Source: an uncultured virus (IMG/VR IMGVR_UViG_3300021135_000008) (lineage: Duplodnaviria; Heunggongvirae; Uroviricota; Caudoviricetes). Taken from it: a DNA stretch of 64,000 nt. Location: IMG/VR virus record IMGVR_UViG_3300021135_000008; one strand, given 5' to 3'. Positions 1-8,388 of this stretch are shown here, in pieces. Below the pieces are notes generated by a model. The model searched no databases, was not told the origin of the DNA, and saw only the letters and a program-made list of their open reading frames with translations. The translations under genes and the position numbers were made by a program. The number at the start of each line of letters is the position of its first letter. The stretch's first letter is position 1.

Positions 1-2043
1 GTCGGATTCATCGGAGGCCTCGGCGCAGGTCTCGCAGCCGACTATATGCTCGGTGACTCTACCGACAAGATAGTAAACGCCATCATCGACAAGCTGTGGC
101 CGAGCGGTGCAGCTCCGGTTGCTAAGCCAAGTCCAGCATCTGACCAGAAGATAAAGGGGAGATCAGATAGGGATCAGACCGGCGGAAAGACGTCGGGGAT
201 TACAGACCTGCGATCTGAGTACCAACAGAGCACTAAAGAACAGTCAGCAGCTGAAAGTAATCTCAGTGCCTTTGAAGAAGAGCAGAAGAAGAGTGGGTCT
301 AAGTTTACTGAAAAAGAAGACGAATTCTCTTATGGTAAGATCAAGACCTACAGCGATCCTGAGACTCAAAAGAAGTACAAAGAACTTCAGGACGCTGAGT
401 ACAAGGCTAGATCAAAGAAGACCGACATCTTCAACAAGGCTAGAATCAGAGTAGGTACCGGCAAAGACGAGCTAGGAAAAGACGACAACGGCTTTAAGAG
501 AAGCGCATCTACCTTTGGTAATCAGCTAGAAGACTCAGTACAGATGGTAGAGGCCCTCATCGACGCGGGCTATACCATCGATGAACTTCAGAAGCTTGGC
601 GGCGGGGCTAACAAAGACGCTGCGCTCAAGATCGGTGAGTATTCTTTCAATCCTGGAGCGATTCAAGCCTTATACAACAAGGTAATAGAAAAGACTCTAA
701 ACGCTCCTTCGGATATACAGGATCCAAAGAAGAAGGGTGCTAGGGAAGATCGCGATCGTCAAGGCGGGAATATATCAAAGAGTGTTGCGAGAGAAGATAG
801 AGATCACCAAGGTGGAGCTATATCTGATACCGGCACAGCTGCTCAGGCCCCAGGTGCAGGCGTCAATAGACTAGAGAGTGCTTCTGGCGTAGCTGGAGTC
901 AACGACAAGCTAATCAACGCAGACTCACTGACGTTCACTTCTAAAGAGATTAAGTTCTCGGCACAGAGCATCACGTTTGAGCAGACGGAGTCGTCAGAAG
1001 CTACTCCTGGAGTATCTGCCGGACCGTCTGGCGGAGGTGGCGGATCTGTACCTCCATCCGATGTAGTCCCGTACAACGCAAGGGAAGACCGCGACCGTCA
1101 AGGTGGTCCACCACCAGCTCCACCTGCATACAACGCAAAAGAAGACCGAGACCGTCAAGGCAGTCCACCACCAGCTCCACCTGCATACAACGCAAAAGAA
1201 GACCGAGACCGTCAAGGCAGTCCACCACCAGCACCTGTTGCGGCCCCTACTAAGTCTGCGGCTGGCTCTGGATCTACTGGTGCCGGTGCTGGTCCTGCCG
1301 GCGGTCCTGCTGGAGGCAAGCCTGTAGCTAAGCCTAACCTAGTAAGGATCAAGACCAAGGGCGGTAAGTCTGCCGAGGTCGCTGGTGCATACGCAAAGAA
1401 CTTCCAAGGATTCATCGATGAGCTAGAGTCCTCGGGCTACAACATCAGAAGACTCGGTGGCTATGCCGACAGGGCAAATGTCAACAATCCTAAAGTAAAG
1501 AGCTACCACGCTTCGGGCGCGGCTATCGACATCAACGACGACACCAACCCAAACAACTCAAGGAAGACTGACCTTCCGTCAAACGTCGGTGCGATAGCAG
1601 CTAGGTACGGTCTCGGCTGGGGTATGAACTTCAGCAAGACTCCAGACCCGATGCACTTCTCTATTGCGAAGGAAGAGCACGGCTCAGTCGACATTCCAAG
1701 GAATGGTCAGATCGAGGCAGGGGAGGCGGCTGGAGGGTCGATCACCGGAGGCGGTGGGGATTCTACCAAGACTGGAGACAAGCTTGGTGGCGGCGGTGGC
1801 ACGACTATGGCCATGGCGACGCCTACTACCGGATCTACTCTTATGAGTAAGTCGCAAGACGCAGCTGCTCCCGACATCAAGGCACCTTCTGCGCCTAGCT
1901 CAGGTACTGCCTCACCTAATGCGCCGTCGGGCGGTGGAAGCAGCGGCAGTGCAAATCTATTGGACAACAAAGAAGTCCCAGCGGTCAGGCCGTCAGACCA
2001 AGTCATCGCTAGGATGTTCGACTCGAGAGCCTTTGCGGCATAA
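1..2043 (+). CDS. Virion (tail/baseplate-associated) protein with C-terminal M15-family peptidoglycan peptidase domain; 5'-truncated by window edge
   Basis: Frame open from base 1; motif SYHASGAAIDIN...WG...DPMHFSI matches the M15 (D-Ala-D-Ala/L-Ala-D-Glu peptidase) Zn-binding pattern; low-complexity G/P/A linkers. Confidence 0.65.
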   Translation, partial: VGFIGGLGAGLAADYMLGDSTDKIVNAIIDKLWPSGAAPVAKPSPASDQKIKGRSDRDQTGGKTSGITDLRSEYQQSTKEQSAAESNLSAFEEEQKKSGSKFTEKEDEFSYGKIKTYSDPETQKKYKELQDAEYKARSKKTDIFNKARIRVGTGKDELGKDDNGFKRSASTFGNQLEDSVQMVEALIDAGYTIDELQKLGGGANKDAALKIGEYSFNPGAIQALYNKVIEKTLNAPSDIQDPKKKGAREDRDRQGGNISKSVAREDRDHQGGAISDTGTAAQAPGAGVNRLESASGVAGVNDKLINADSLTFTSKEIKFSAQSITFEQTESSEATPGVSAGPSGGGGGSVPPSDVVPYNAREDRDRQGGPPPAPPAYNAKEDRDRQGSPPPAPPAYNAKEDRDRQGSPPPAPVAAPTKSAAGSGSTGAGAGPAGGPAGGKPVAKPNLVRIKTKGGKSAEVAGAYAKNFQGFIDELESSGYNIRRLGGYADRANVNNPKVKSYHASGAAIDINDDTNPNNSRKTDLPSNVGAIAARYGLGWGMNFSKTPDPMHFSIAKEEHGSVDIPRNGQIEAGEAAGGSITGGGGDSTKTGDKLGGGGGTTMAMATPTTGSTLMSKSQDAAAPDIKAPSAPSSGTASPNAPSGGGSSGSANLLDNKEVPAVRPSDQVIARMFDSRAFAA
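1072..1236 (+). repeat. 57-bp tandem repeat x~3 (coding, YNA[R/K]EDRDRQG[G/S]PPPAPPA)
   Basis: Copies start at 1072, 1129 and 1186. Confidence 0.95.
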
Positions 2044-2046
2044 GAG

Positions 2047-2072
2047 AAAGGGGGCCGAAGCCCCCTTTTTTT
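2047..2072. terminator. Bidirectional intrinsic terminator
   Basis: AAAGGGGGC-CGAA-GCCCCCTTTTTTT between convergent genes. Confidence 0.85.
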
Positions 2073-2074
2073 AT

Positions 2075-2998
2075 TCAGCGATTTGCGAGACTCTTGAAGA
2101 AGTCGAGTCCATCGTCCTCGTCATCGTCGGTAGCCGCCTGACGCGGTGCCGGCGTAGAGCGGGCCTTAGGTGCCTCAGCCTCTTCACTCCATGGAAGGTC
2201 GTCCTCGTCAGCTGCCTTAGCCTTGGCATTTGCACGGGCGCCAGAAGACGAACCGTCAGTGCCGAGTACCTTGGCGAGCTTCGCGGAGAGCTCCTCGTAG
2301 GTCTTGAAGTTGGAAGGTGAGAGGAACTCCTGAAGGGAGTGCTCCTTCTTCCATATGTTCTCGAGTTCCTTGTCGTCGTCCAGCAGAGGGCTAGGCTTTG
2401 CAAACTCAGACTTGTCGTAGTTGCGATAGCCTTCGACCTGACGGATCTTCAACTTGAAGTTGGCACCGGCCCAGAAGTCGAATGGGTTGATCGCCTCTTC
2501 GTCCTGGAACTGTGGGTTCATGAGCTCGTTGAGCTTGTCAAAGATCTTCTTGCCGTACTTGTAGAGGAACACCTTGCCCTCGTTCTCGGGGTTACCCGGA
2601 TCGTTGACGATGTAGACGTTGCTCACGAAGTGAAGGCGACGCTTCTGCTTACGAGCGATCTCCTTGTCGGACTCAAGGCCAGAGTTCCAGAGCTTCGAGT
2701 TGTGCTCGGAGACCGGATCGTTCTTGCCGATTGTCGTGAGGGAGTTCTCGATGTACCAAGTACCAGTTGGGCCTTGGAAGCCGTGGTCCCAAACGCGGAC
2801 GAACGGCATGTCCTCGCCAGCAGGCGATGGGAGGAAGCGGATGACTGCGTAGCCGTTGCCGGCCTTGTCAACCGTAGGGGACCAGAAGCGGTCGTCGGAC
2901 TTACGCTCCTGTTGATTGGAGTTCATCTTGCTGAGATCTGATGCGATCTTCTCAAGAGATGATTTACCCGACTGCTTCTTGAGCTGTGAAAAGTCCAT
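2075..2998 (-). CDS. 32: Single-stranded DNA-binding protein (T4 gp32 family)
   Basis: DDRFW..DKAGNGYAVIRFLP, GKVFLYKYGKKIFDK, NYDKSEF, acidic tail. Confidence 0.97.
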   Translation of the reverse strand: MDFSQLKKQSGKSSLEKIASDLSKMNSNQQERKSDDRFWSPTVDKAGNGYAVIRFLPSPAGEDMPFVRVWDHGFQGPTGTWYIENSLTTIGKNDPVSEHNSKLWNSGLESDKEIARKQKRRLHFVSNVYIVNDPGNPENEGKVFLYKYGKKIFDKLNELMNPQFQDEEAINPFDFWAGANFKLKIRQVEGYRNYDKSEFAKPSPLLDDDKELENIWKKEHSLQEFLSPSNFKTYEELSAKLAKVLGTDGSSSGARANAKAKAADEDDLPWSEEAEAPKARSTPAPRQAATDDDEDDGLDFFKSLANR

Positions 2999-3079
2999 GT
3001 GTATTCTCCGTATGTTTAGTATTGCGATGTATATCGTATTGGGCTGGATGATTCGCCCATACTATATATAATAACACTT

Positions 3080-3673
3080 TCATTGAAACTTGTCAACTAC
3101 GATGTTCTTCATCTTCTCCTCGTCATATTTCAAGAAAGCATTATACTTGACGATTAGAAGCTTGATCTCTTCCCAGACCGGATCGTCAGCCATCTTCTTG
3201 CTCCAGTGCTTTAGGCACTTAGTCAAGTTGACCAAGATGACGAGTGTCTCAAGAGATATCTCACCCTGCATGAACAGCTTGAGGGCGTAGGGATGCTCGT
3301 TGTCGAGCACCTTAAAGTTGCTGTCGAAGTCGTCCCTAAGCTTACCGACCTCGTTCTTAAAGAGGTACGTGAGGGACTGGTTCTTCTTCATCCAGTCCTC
3401 GTATACACGATGGGCTGACTCGTTGTACGCGATGTCCTTGATCCAGACCTTAGGGTTCTTGACCATGTTAGACAGTAAGAAGTTGTGTGGGTCTGGATGC
3501 TTTGAGAGCTTGGCAAAGAAGATCTTGTCTCGCCGTCCCTCAAAGCTGGAGAGCCTGGCGTTGACCTTGCCGTTGTACTTTACGTAGTCGTAGTCTGGGC
3601 GGCTGAAGTGCTGCTTTAGTGCAAGGTAGTCTTGGTAGCATTCAAAGGGTGACACGCTCTTCCTCACCATCAT
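3080..3673 (-). CDS. 59: Helicase loader (T4 gp59 family)
   Basis: YLALKQHF..YDYVKYNGK..ISLETLVIL; synteny 33-59-32; start trimmed to ATG overlapping the gp33 stop. Confidence 0.9.
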   Translation of the reverse strand: MMVRKSVSPFECYQDYLALKQHFSRPDYDYVKYNGKVNARLSSFEGRRDKIFFAKLSKHPDPHNFLLSNMVKNPKVWIKDIAYNESAHRVYEDWMKKNQSLTYLFKNEVGKLRDDFDSNFKVLDNEHPYALKLFMQGEISLETLVILVNLTKCLKHWSKKMADDPVWEEIKLLIVKYNAFLKYDEEKMKNIVVDKFQ

Positions 3674-3906
3674 ATCGGCAGTCTCGCACCCTTCTTCAAG
3701 ACGTTGATGTTCTCGGCCTCGACCTGCACCTTGGACTTGAGCACGGGGTCCTTCTTGATCATACCTGCTGCGTACTCGACTTCCAAGTTGTTCCGCTCGC
3801 ACCAGAGAACGATGGCGTCGATGTAGTCGATGTTCTTAGTGCTTACTAGCTTTTCAATCTCACTCGAGAAGGTCGAGTTTGAGTTAACGATTCCAAAAAT
3901 ATTCAT
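3670..3906 (-). CDS. 33: Late transcription coactivator (T4 gp33 family)
   Basis: IEKLV..IDYIDAIVLWCERNNLEVE..LKSKVQVEA; synteny. Confidence 0.9.
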   Translation of the reverse strand: MNIFGIVNSNSTFSSEIEKLVSTKNIDYIDAIVLWCERNNLEVEYAAGMIKKDPVLKSKVQVEAENINVLKKGARLPI

Positions 3907-4094
3907 TGGTCAGCATCATCTTCCGTCTTATCCATAAACACCAGCGAGTAGGTGTTCTTCATAACTAAGGCTCCGGCGAAGGCCATGAAAGCCAAGAATC
4001 CAAAGATGTAGTCTTTAATAAGAAAGTCGTGAGCTATTAGAACTACGACCGCAACGAGGTAGACGACCCATACGGGTACGACCTTCATATTCAA
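3903..4094 (-). CDS. Small membrane protein, two hydrophobic helices
   Basis: AAGGAG RBS, overlaps gp33 start. Confidence 0.6.
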   Translation of the reverse strand: MNMKVVPVWVVYLVAVVVLIAHDFLIKDYIFGFLAFMAFAGALVMKNTYSLVFMDKTEDDADQ

Positions 4095-4110
4095 TAGCCC
4101 ACTCCTTGAT

Positions 4111-4187
4111 TGGTGATCTCAGTTGGACTCTAACCAACGACCTGCCGCTTAGAAGGCGGCTGCTCTATACAGCTGAGCTATGAGACC
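4111..4187 (-). tRNA. tRNA-Arg(TCT)
   Basis: Cloverleaf GGTCTCA...GCCGC-CTTCTAA-GCGGC...TGAGATCACCA. Confidence 0.93.
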
Positions 4188-4195
4188 GTTTTAAT

Positions 4196-4399
4196 TTACT
4201 TTTTATCGATGAAGGTCTTGAGATCTTCTGCTAAGAGGATAATGTCACTCTTAGTCGGATAGCTGGGAACTGAATCGACGGGTAAGTCGAGATCTTTCTG
4301 CATGCGAATACGCTCCATCTGAGCAAAGTACTCGCCTTGAAGCTGGCCCTGGGCGAAGTTCAGAACGTCGAGACGGATCTCGTAAGGTGTCTTAGTCAT
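4196..4399 (-). CDS. Hypothetical protein (MTKTPYEIRL...)
   Basis: AGGAG RBS before ATG at 4399. Confidence 0.7.
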   Translation of the reverse strand: MTKTPYEIRLDVLNFAQGQLQGEYFAQMERIRMQKDLDLPVDSVPSYPTKSDIILLAEDLKTFIDKK

Positions 4400-4427
4400 T
4401 TTAGTTCTCCTGTGTGATGTGTGAAGT

Positions 4428-4577
4428 TGCAACCATTTCTGTTTCGAGGCTGGTTGCCCACCCAAGAGATTAAGCCGCTAGGCGCATCTCAAGAAGTGAA
4501 TTATCGTTTGCAGATAACTTATTTATGCTTCTGTCTCGGTCCGCCTTTAACACACCTGTCGATCCTATTTCCGGCCC
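4428..4577 (-). ncRNA. ssrA: tmRNA coding piece of a two-piece permuted tmRNA; tag (A)ANDNSLLEMRLAA at 4470-4511; 3' end approximate
   Basis: Begins GGGCCGGAAATAGGATCGAC; resume frame GCA AAC GAT AAT ... CTA GCG GCT TAA. Confidence 0.92.
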
Positions 4578-4589
4578 AACATAAGAACT

Positions 4590-5036
4590 TCAAGCTTTTT
4601 TGACATGAAAGTTAAGTCCAGGATTCTTAGACTTTCTTCCTTGTCCACGTACCCATCCTTCTGGTGGATTTTGATCTGATTTTATACAACATTTTTCAAT
4701 GGGATTATTAGGATTGTGATACCAGATACTTCCTCCAGTACCAACTGGCTTCCAGTTTCCACCATTTTTAACGCGCCGATATTTCATACCTTTGCGTTTT
4801 ATATTGGCAGCAGCTGCTCCTCTTTTACCAGCTTCACTTAACATTTCTTTAACTAATTCTTCTTGAGTAAGAAGACCAGCTAAACCTTGCCAAGCTAATT
4901 TATCTTCCCATCTTCCATGTTGTTCCCAAAGTATCCTGTGAGCCTCAGCATGTTCTTCAACTGTTAACTCAATCAGATTCTCCGGATCATCAGTTCCACC
5001 CAAATGTTTGGGTATTATATGATGTATATGTTTCAT
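4590..5036 (-). CDS. HNH homing endonuclease inside the tmRNA intervening segment
   Basis: HIHHIIPKHLGGTDDPENLIELTVEEHAEAH; AT-rich; GGAGG RBS; own TATAAATA at 5055-5062. Confidence 0.88.
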   Translation of the reverse strand: MKHIHHIIPKHLGGTDDPENLIELTVEEHAEAHRILWEQHGRWEDKLAWQGLAGLLTQEELVKEMLSEAGKRGAAAANIKRKGMKYRRVKNGGNWKPVGTGGSIWYHNPNNPIEKCCIKSDQNPPEGWVRGQGRKSKNPGLNFHVKKA

Positions 5037-5091
5037 TTGAACCTCCATCGATCCTATTTATATTAGGATCGACTTAAGCTCAAAGTTCTTA

Positions 5092-5160
5092 TGGTGGACC
5101 GGGCGGGTACCGCCCCCGCGTCCAGAATGTCTATTTCGCTTTCGTCATCGACATCAGCAT
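5092..5160 (-). ncRNA. ssrA: tmRNA acceptor piece; 5' end approximate
   Basis: ...GACGCGGGGGCGGTACCCGCCCGGTCCACCA; CCGGTCC pairs with GGGCCGG of the coding piece, including the G3:U70 Ala determinant. Confidence 0.92.
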
Positions 5161-5164
5161 ATAT

Positions 5165-5195
5165 TATTTATATCACGACTTGCTATTTTTGTCAA
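5165..5195 (-). promoter_or_regulatory. Overlapping sigma70-type and T4 late promoters for tmRNA
   Basis: TTGACA-N17-TATAAA, where the -10 is part of TATAAATA. Confidence 0.8.
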
Positions 5196-5664
5196 CACCT
5201 TTTGTAGTGATCGTGTGGATCTCTTTAGTCAGCTTCTCGATCTTCTTGACTAGCTTGTTGTTCTCGTGAAGCATCTCAAGAAGGATGGCCGTCTGCTCGG
5301 CTGCGATCTGCTGACGCTGGGCCGCAGCCAGCGCTAGGTCTTCTCGGTGCTGGGCGTCTGCCTCGGCGTGTGCCTTGTCTCGGTCGGCCTGTCGAGTCTG
5401 TGCCAGCAAGATCAATGGTGCCGCATAGGCTGCCTGAGTAGAGAAGGCGAGGTTGAGAAGGATGAACGGGTAGACGTCGAAGTCGGTGTAGCCGAAGACG
5501 TTGAGTCCCATCCAGATAAGCACCAAGGCTGTCTGGATGATCAAGAAGATCGGGGTACCGAAGAACCGTGCGAACCTCTCAGCCAAGATAGCAAAGCCGT
5601 CGTCGCCGAACGGACTCTGAAGGTGGACGTGTGGAAAGTGGAATCTAAAGTAGTTGTCTTTCAT
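5173..5664 (-). CDS. DUF1003-like membrane protein
   Basis: FDVYPFILLNLAFSTQAAYAAPLILLAQTRQADRD. Confidence 0.85.
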   Translation of the reverse strand: MKDNYFRFHFPHVHLQSPFGDDGFAILAERFARFFGTPIFLIIQTALVLIWMGLNVFGYTDFDVYPFILLNLAFSTQAAYAAPLILLAQTRQADRDKAHAEADAQHREDLALAAAQRQQIAAEQTAILLEMLHENNKLVKKIEKLTKEIHTITTKGVDKNSKS

Positions 5665-6092
5665 GCTGCTTCCTGTTTGTCGACCACCGTAACAGTGGAT
5701 CCCTCGATCTTAAGTTGAACTGTCTGTGGCATCTCTGGCCCGCCGAGACGGACGTAGTCGCGACCGCCGTCGATGCAGTACGCCCCATCGAACTCGACGT
5801 AGTCGTGTCTGAAGCGGCTGTAGACGATGTCGCCGTTCTTCTTGACCGCACCTACGAAGGGTGCCAGTGCCGACTCTGCGTTGCAGATAAATGGCTTCTT
5901 ATCACGCATGAAGATTCCAAAGTAGTTGGAGCCTTCAGGGTGAGGCTGGGCCGTATAGAAGACTGCGACAGGGTTATCTGACCAGCCGCTCTTTGTCTTG
6001 ATCTGTGAGTCACAGACGTACACTGCTTTATATATCTCCTCGAGACGCCTGATGGTATCTTCAGAGAAGAGGATAGACTCGTTCTTGATCAT
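5661..6092 (-). CDS. Hypothetical protein
   Basis: ATGA overlaps with neighbours; SRFRHDY..IDGGRDY motif. Confidence 0.75.
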   Translation of the reverse strand: MIKNESILFSEDTIRRLEEIYKAVYVCDSQIKTKSGWSDNPVAVFYTAQPHPEGSNYFGIFMRDKKPFICNAESALAPFVGAVKKNGDIVYSRFRHDYVEFDGAYCIDGGRDYVRLGGPEMPQTVQLKIEGSTVTVVDKQEAA

Positions 6093-7195
6093 GGCAGCAC
6101 CTTGATTAGGATCGTGTTCTCGTTGATGCGAGCGTTGAATGCGTGGGGTTTGAGTGTCTCGACTGCCTTCTTGACGCCGGCCTTGGTTGCCTTGCTGAAG
6201 CGGTCGACCACTTCTCCGGTCTTGCGTCCGGTCTTGTAGCTGAAGGACTGCTTCTCGTCGAAGCCGGCGATGGACGTACCCTTTACCTTGAGGCCGCCAC
6301 GGTCGAGTGCGCGGAAGATGGTTAGGATACCATACTTGGAATTAAAAGTCCAGAGCTCCTGAGCGCCGATGATCTTCTGTGGATCAATGGACGCCAGCTT
6401 GTACTCAGCCGACTCTTTCTGGTACTTGAGTCCTTTGAGCTGCTTCTCGACAGAGACTGGACGAGGCTTGCGGACTGCCCGAGTCTTCTTGGCGACGCTG
6501 CCGTAGCGCTCTGCGTCGGTCACTAGACCATTGTAGAACTCGACACGAGCCTTGAGCTTAGCCTTGGTCCACTTCTCATAGCCGTCGAGCTTGCCGGCGT
6601 GTGCCTGCACCATCTCGTTCCAGATAGGGCCGTAGTAGTCGCCGACCTTGACGGCGTACATGACTGGGATCTCGTTCTTCTTGAACCAGTCATAGAGCGA
6701 GAAGGGCTCGTTTTTGTCGATCATCTCCTCGATGTCGCCGATGATGTCGTCGAGACGGTCCTTGATGCGGTCTTGGATAGACGGCTTAGCTGTCTTCTTA
6801 TCGTCAGGCTTCTCTTCCTTGATATGTGTGAAGACATCGTCGAGAGTCGCCATGAACTTAACATAGTCTTCAATGTCGAGGATAGCTTTCTGGTTCATAA
6901 CGATACGGGCGCGCCAAGCAGCTGACAGTGGAACCCAGTTATCAGGGATCTTATCGACTCGCTTAGCCTTATCGAACTCTTTGTTATGTATTAAGTAGTC
7001 CTTGAGATACTCACGAGCGTCCTTGGTGTCGCACATCGAGCCATACCAGCTAAGAGCTCGAATATAATCAGAAAAAGTCTTAAACTTATTAGCATCGGGC
7101 TCCTCGCCGAGGTACTTGACGTTGACCAAGTAGGCCTCAGAGCGAGTGACCTTGGGCTTCTTCTTAGTACGTACGGAGAGGAGACTCTTTGCCAT
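6089..7195 (-). CDS. Conserved T4-like hypothetical protein
   Basis: 368-aa ORF with phage codon usage; C-terminal IIGAQELW..RINENTILIK. Confidence 0.8.
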   Translation of the reverse strand: MAKSLLSVRTKKKPKVTRSEAYLVNVKYLGEEPDANKFKTFSDYIRALSWYGSMCDTKDAREYLKDYLIHNKEFDKAKRVDKIPDNWVPLSAAWRARIVMNQKAILDIEDYVKFMATLDDVFTHIKEEKPDDKKTAKPSIQDRIKDRLDDIIGDIEEMIDKNEPFSLYDWFKKNEIPVMYAVKVGDYYGPIWNEMVQAHAGKLDGYEKWTKAKLKARVEFYNGLVTDAERYGSVAKKTRAVRKPRPVSVEKQLKGLKYQKESAEYKLASIDPQKIIGAQELWTFNSKYGILTIFRALDRGGLKVKGTSIAGFDEKQSFSYKTGRKTGEVVDRFSKATKAGVKKAVETLKPHAFNARINENTILIKVLP

Positions 7196-7327
7196 TTTAG
7201 TTGTCCTTGATTAAGTTCTCAAACGTCCACTTGGGTGCGATGACGCCGCTCACGATGATGATGAGCCCCATGAAGACGACGAGGAGGCGCAGGGCCACCT
7301 CGGCGTAGATCTTATAGAAGAAGTCGT

Positions 7328-8317
7328 TCATGCCGCGTCGGCGAACTCAATCGCCGTCTCCAGAGCCTTGATCTTCATGTTCTTGCTGGCGCCGTACCAA
7401 GCCGACTGGAGTCGGGTATCGGCCGAGCGACCAAGGGTATGGTCGGTCATGTAGGTGACCGTGTTGAAGGCCTGCCACCAAGTACCCTCGCCGAGCTCAG
7501 CACCAGGCTGAGTGAACATGACGTTGAGTGCCTGCTTGGCGTTGCGCGACAGCTCGGTAGCGCCGACGATCACGCCGTCGACTGACGACTCAGCAGTCTT
7601 AGCACTGCCAGCAGGGAAGACGCGCTTGAAGTACTCGACGATGTTCTCACCGTTGTAGCGCTTGGTCGAGAGGTACTGAGCCATCTCTTTATACTTGGCC
7701 ATCTTCTCGTGTGCCACGCCGAGCATTACCTTGACGTTCTCAGGGTCGAACTTCTTGCGGTGAGAGATCTTCACCATGTTCTGGACCTTGGCGTTGAGTG
7801 AGGCAGTCAAGGTGTTGTTGCAAACGACGCGGATAGGGGAGAACCGGACGTCGGTAGCGAAGCCGAAGCGGTGGAAGTTGGTGAAGAGGAGGTAGGAGTC
7901 GACAACGTCCTTGCCGTTGAAGAGCTCAAAGGACTCCTTGACCTTCGCCAAGCCCCAGACGATCTGACCGTCACGAAGCGAACCGGCGGTCTCCATGGCC
8001 ATGTCACCGGCCATCACGAAGTCGTTGAAGAACTCAAAGGCCTCGTCGTTCTGGATAGGGTTCCAGTCATCGGACACGACGTCGAGCATCGAGTCGTCGA
8101 AGGAGCGGACGAGCGCCGACTTACCGACGGCGATCTTCTTGCCGTTGATCTCGGCGTAGGCTGGGACCTTGGTCACAGTCCAGTTGAGGCCAGCAGCCTC
8201 GAGCATCTGAGCAGGGGTAAGGTCGGCTGGTACTTGAGTACCAAGTCCATGCCAAGGCTTCTCGCCAGCGTATGCCATCTGAGCCTTGCCGTTGATCTCT
8301 TCAATCATGTGTGCCAT
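7328..8317 (-). CDS. DUF932 / TIGR03299-like phage protein
   Basis: PWHGLG..AGLNWTV..METAGSL..PIRVVCNNTL..GTWWQAFN. Confidence 0.9.
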   Translation of the reverse strand: MAHMIEEINGKAQMAYAGEKPWHGLGTQVPADLTPAQMLEAAGLNWTVTKVPAYAEINGKKIAVGKSALVRSFDDSMLDVVSDDWNPIQNDEAFEFFNDFVMAGDMAMETAGSLRDGQIVWGLAKVKESFELFNGKDVVDSYLLFTNFHRFGFATDVRFSPIRVVCNNTLTASLNAKVQNMVKISHRKKFDPENVKVMLGVAHEKMAKYKEMAQYLSTKRYNGENIVEYFKRVFPAGSAKTAESSVDGVIVGATELSRNAKQALNVMFTQPGAELGEGTWWQAFNTVTYMTDHTLGRSADTRLQSAWYGASKNMKIKALETAIEFADAA

Positions 8318-8388
8318 AGTGTAGGTTCCTTAGGTTGGTTGGGGTCTTTGTCGTATTCAGCTTATATTCTTATAATAACATATTCTAC

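Noticed and set aside
1072..1236. Tandem repeats as a CRISPR array
   Set aside because: No unique spacers; the 57-bp unit is in frame within a CDS; no cas genes.
4111..4187. Amber suppressor tRNA or TAG recoding (loop contains CTA)
   Set aside because: The 7-nt loop CTTCTAA centres on TCT (Arg); core genes are full length in the standard code and some, such as nrdB, end in TAG.
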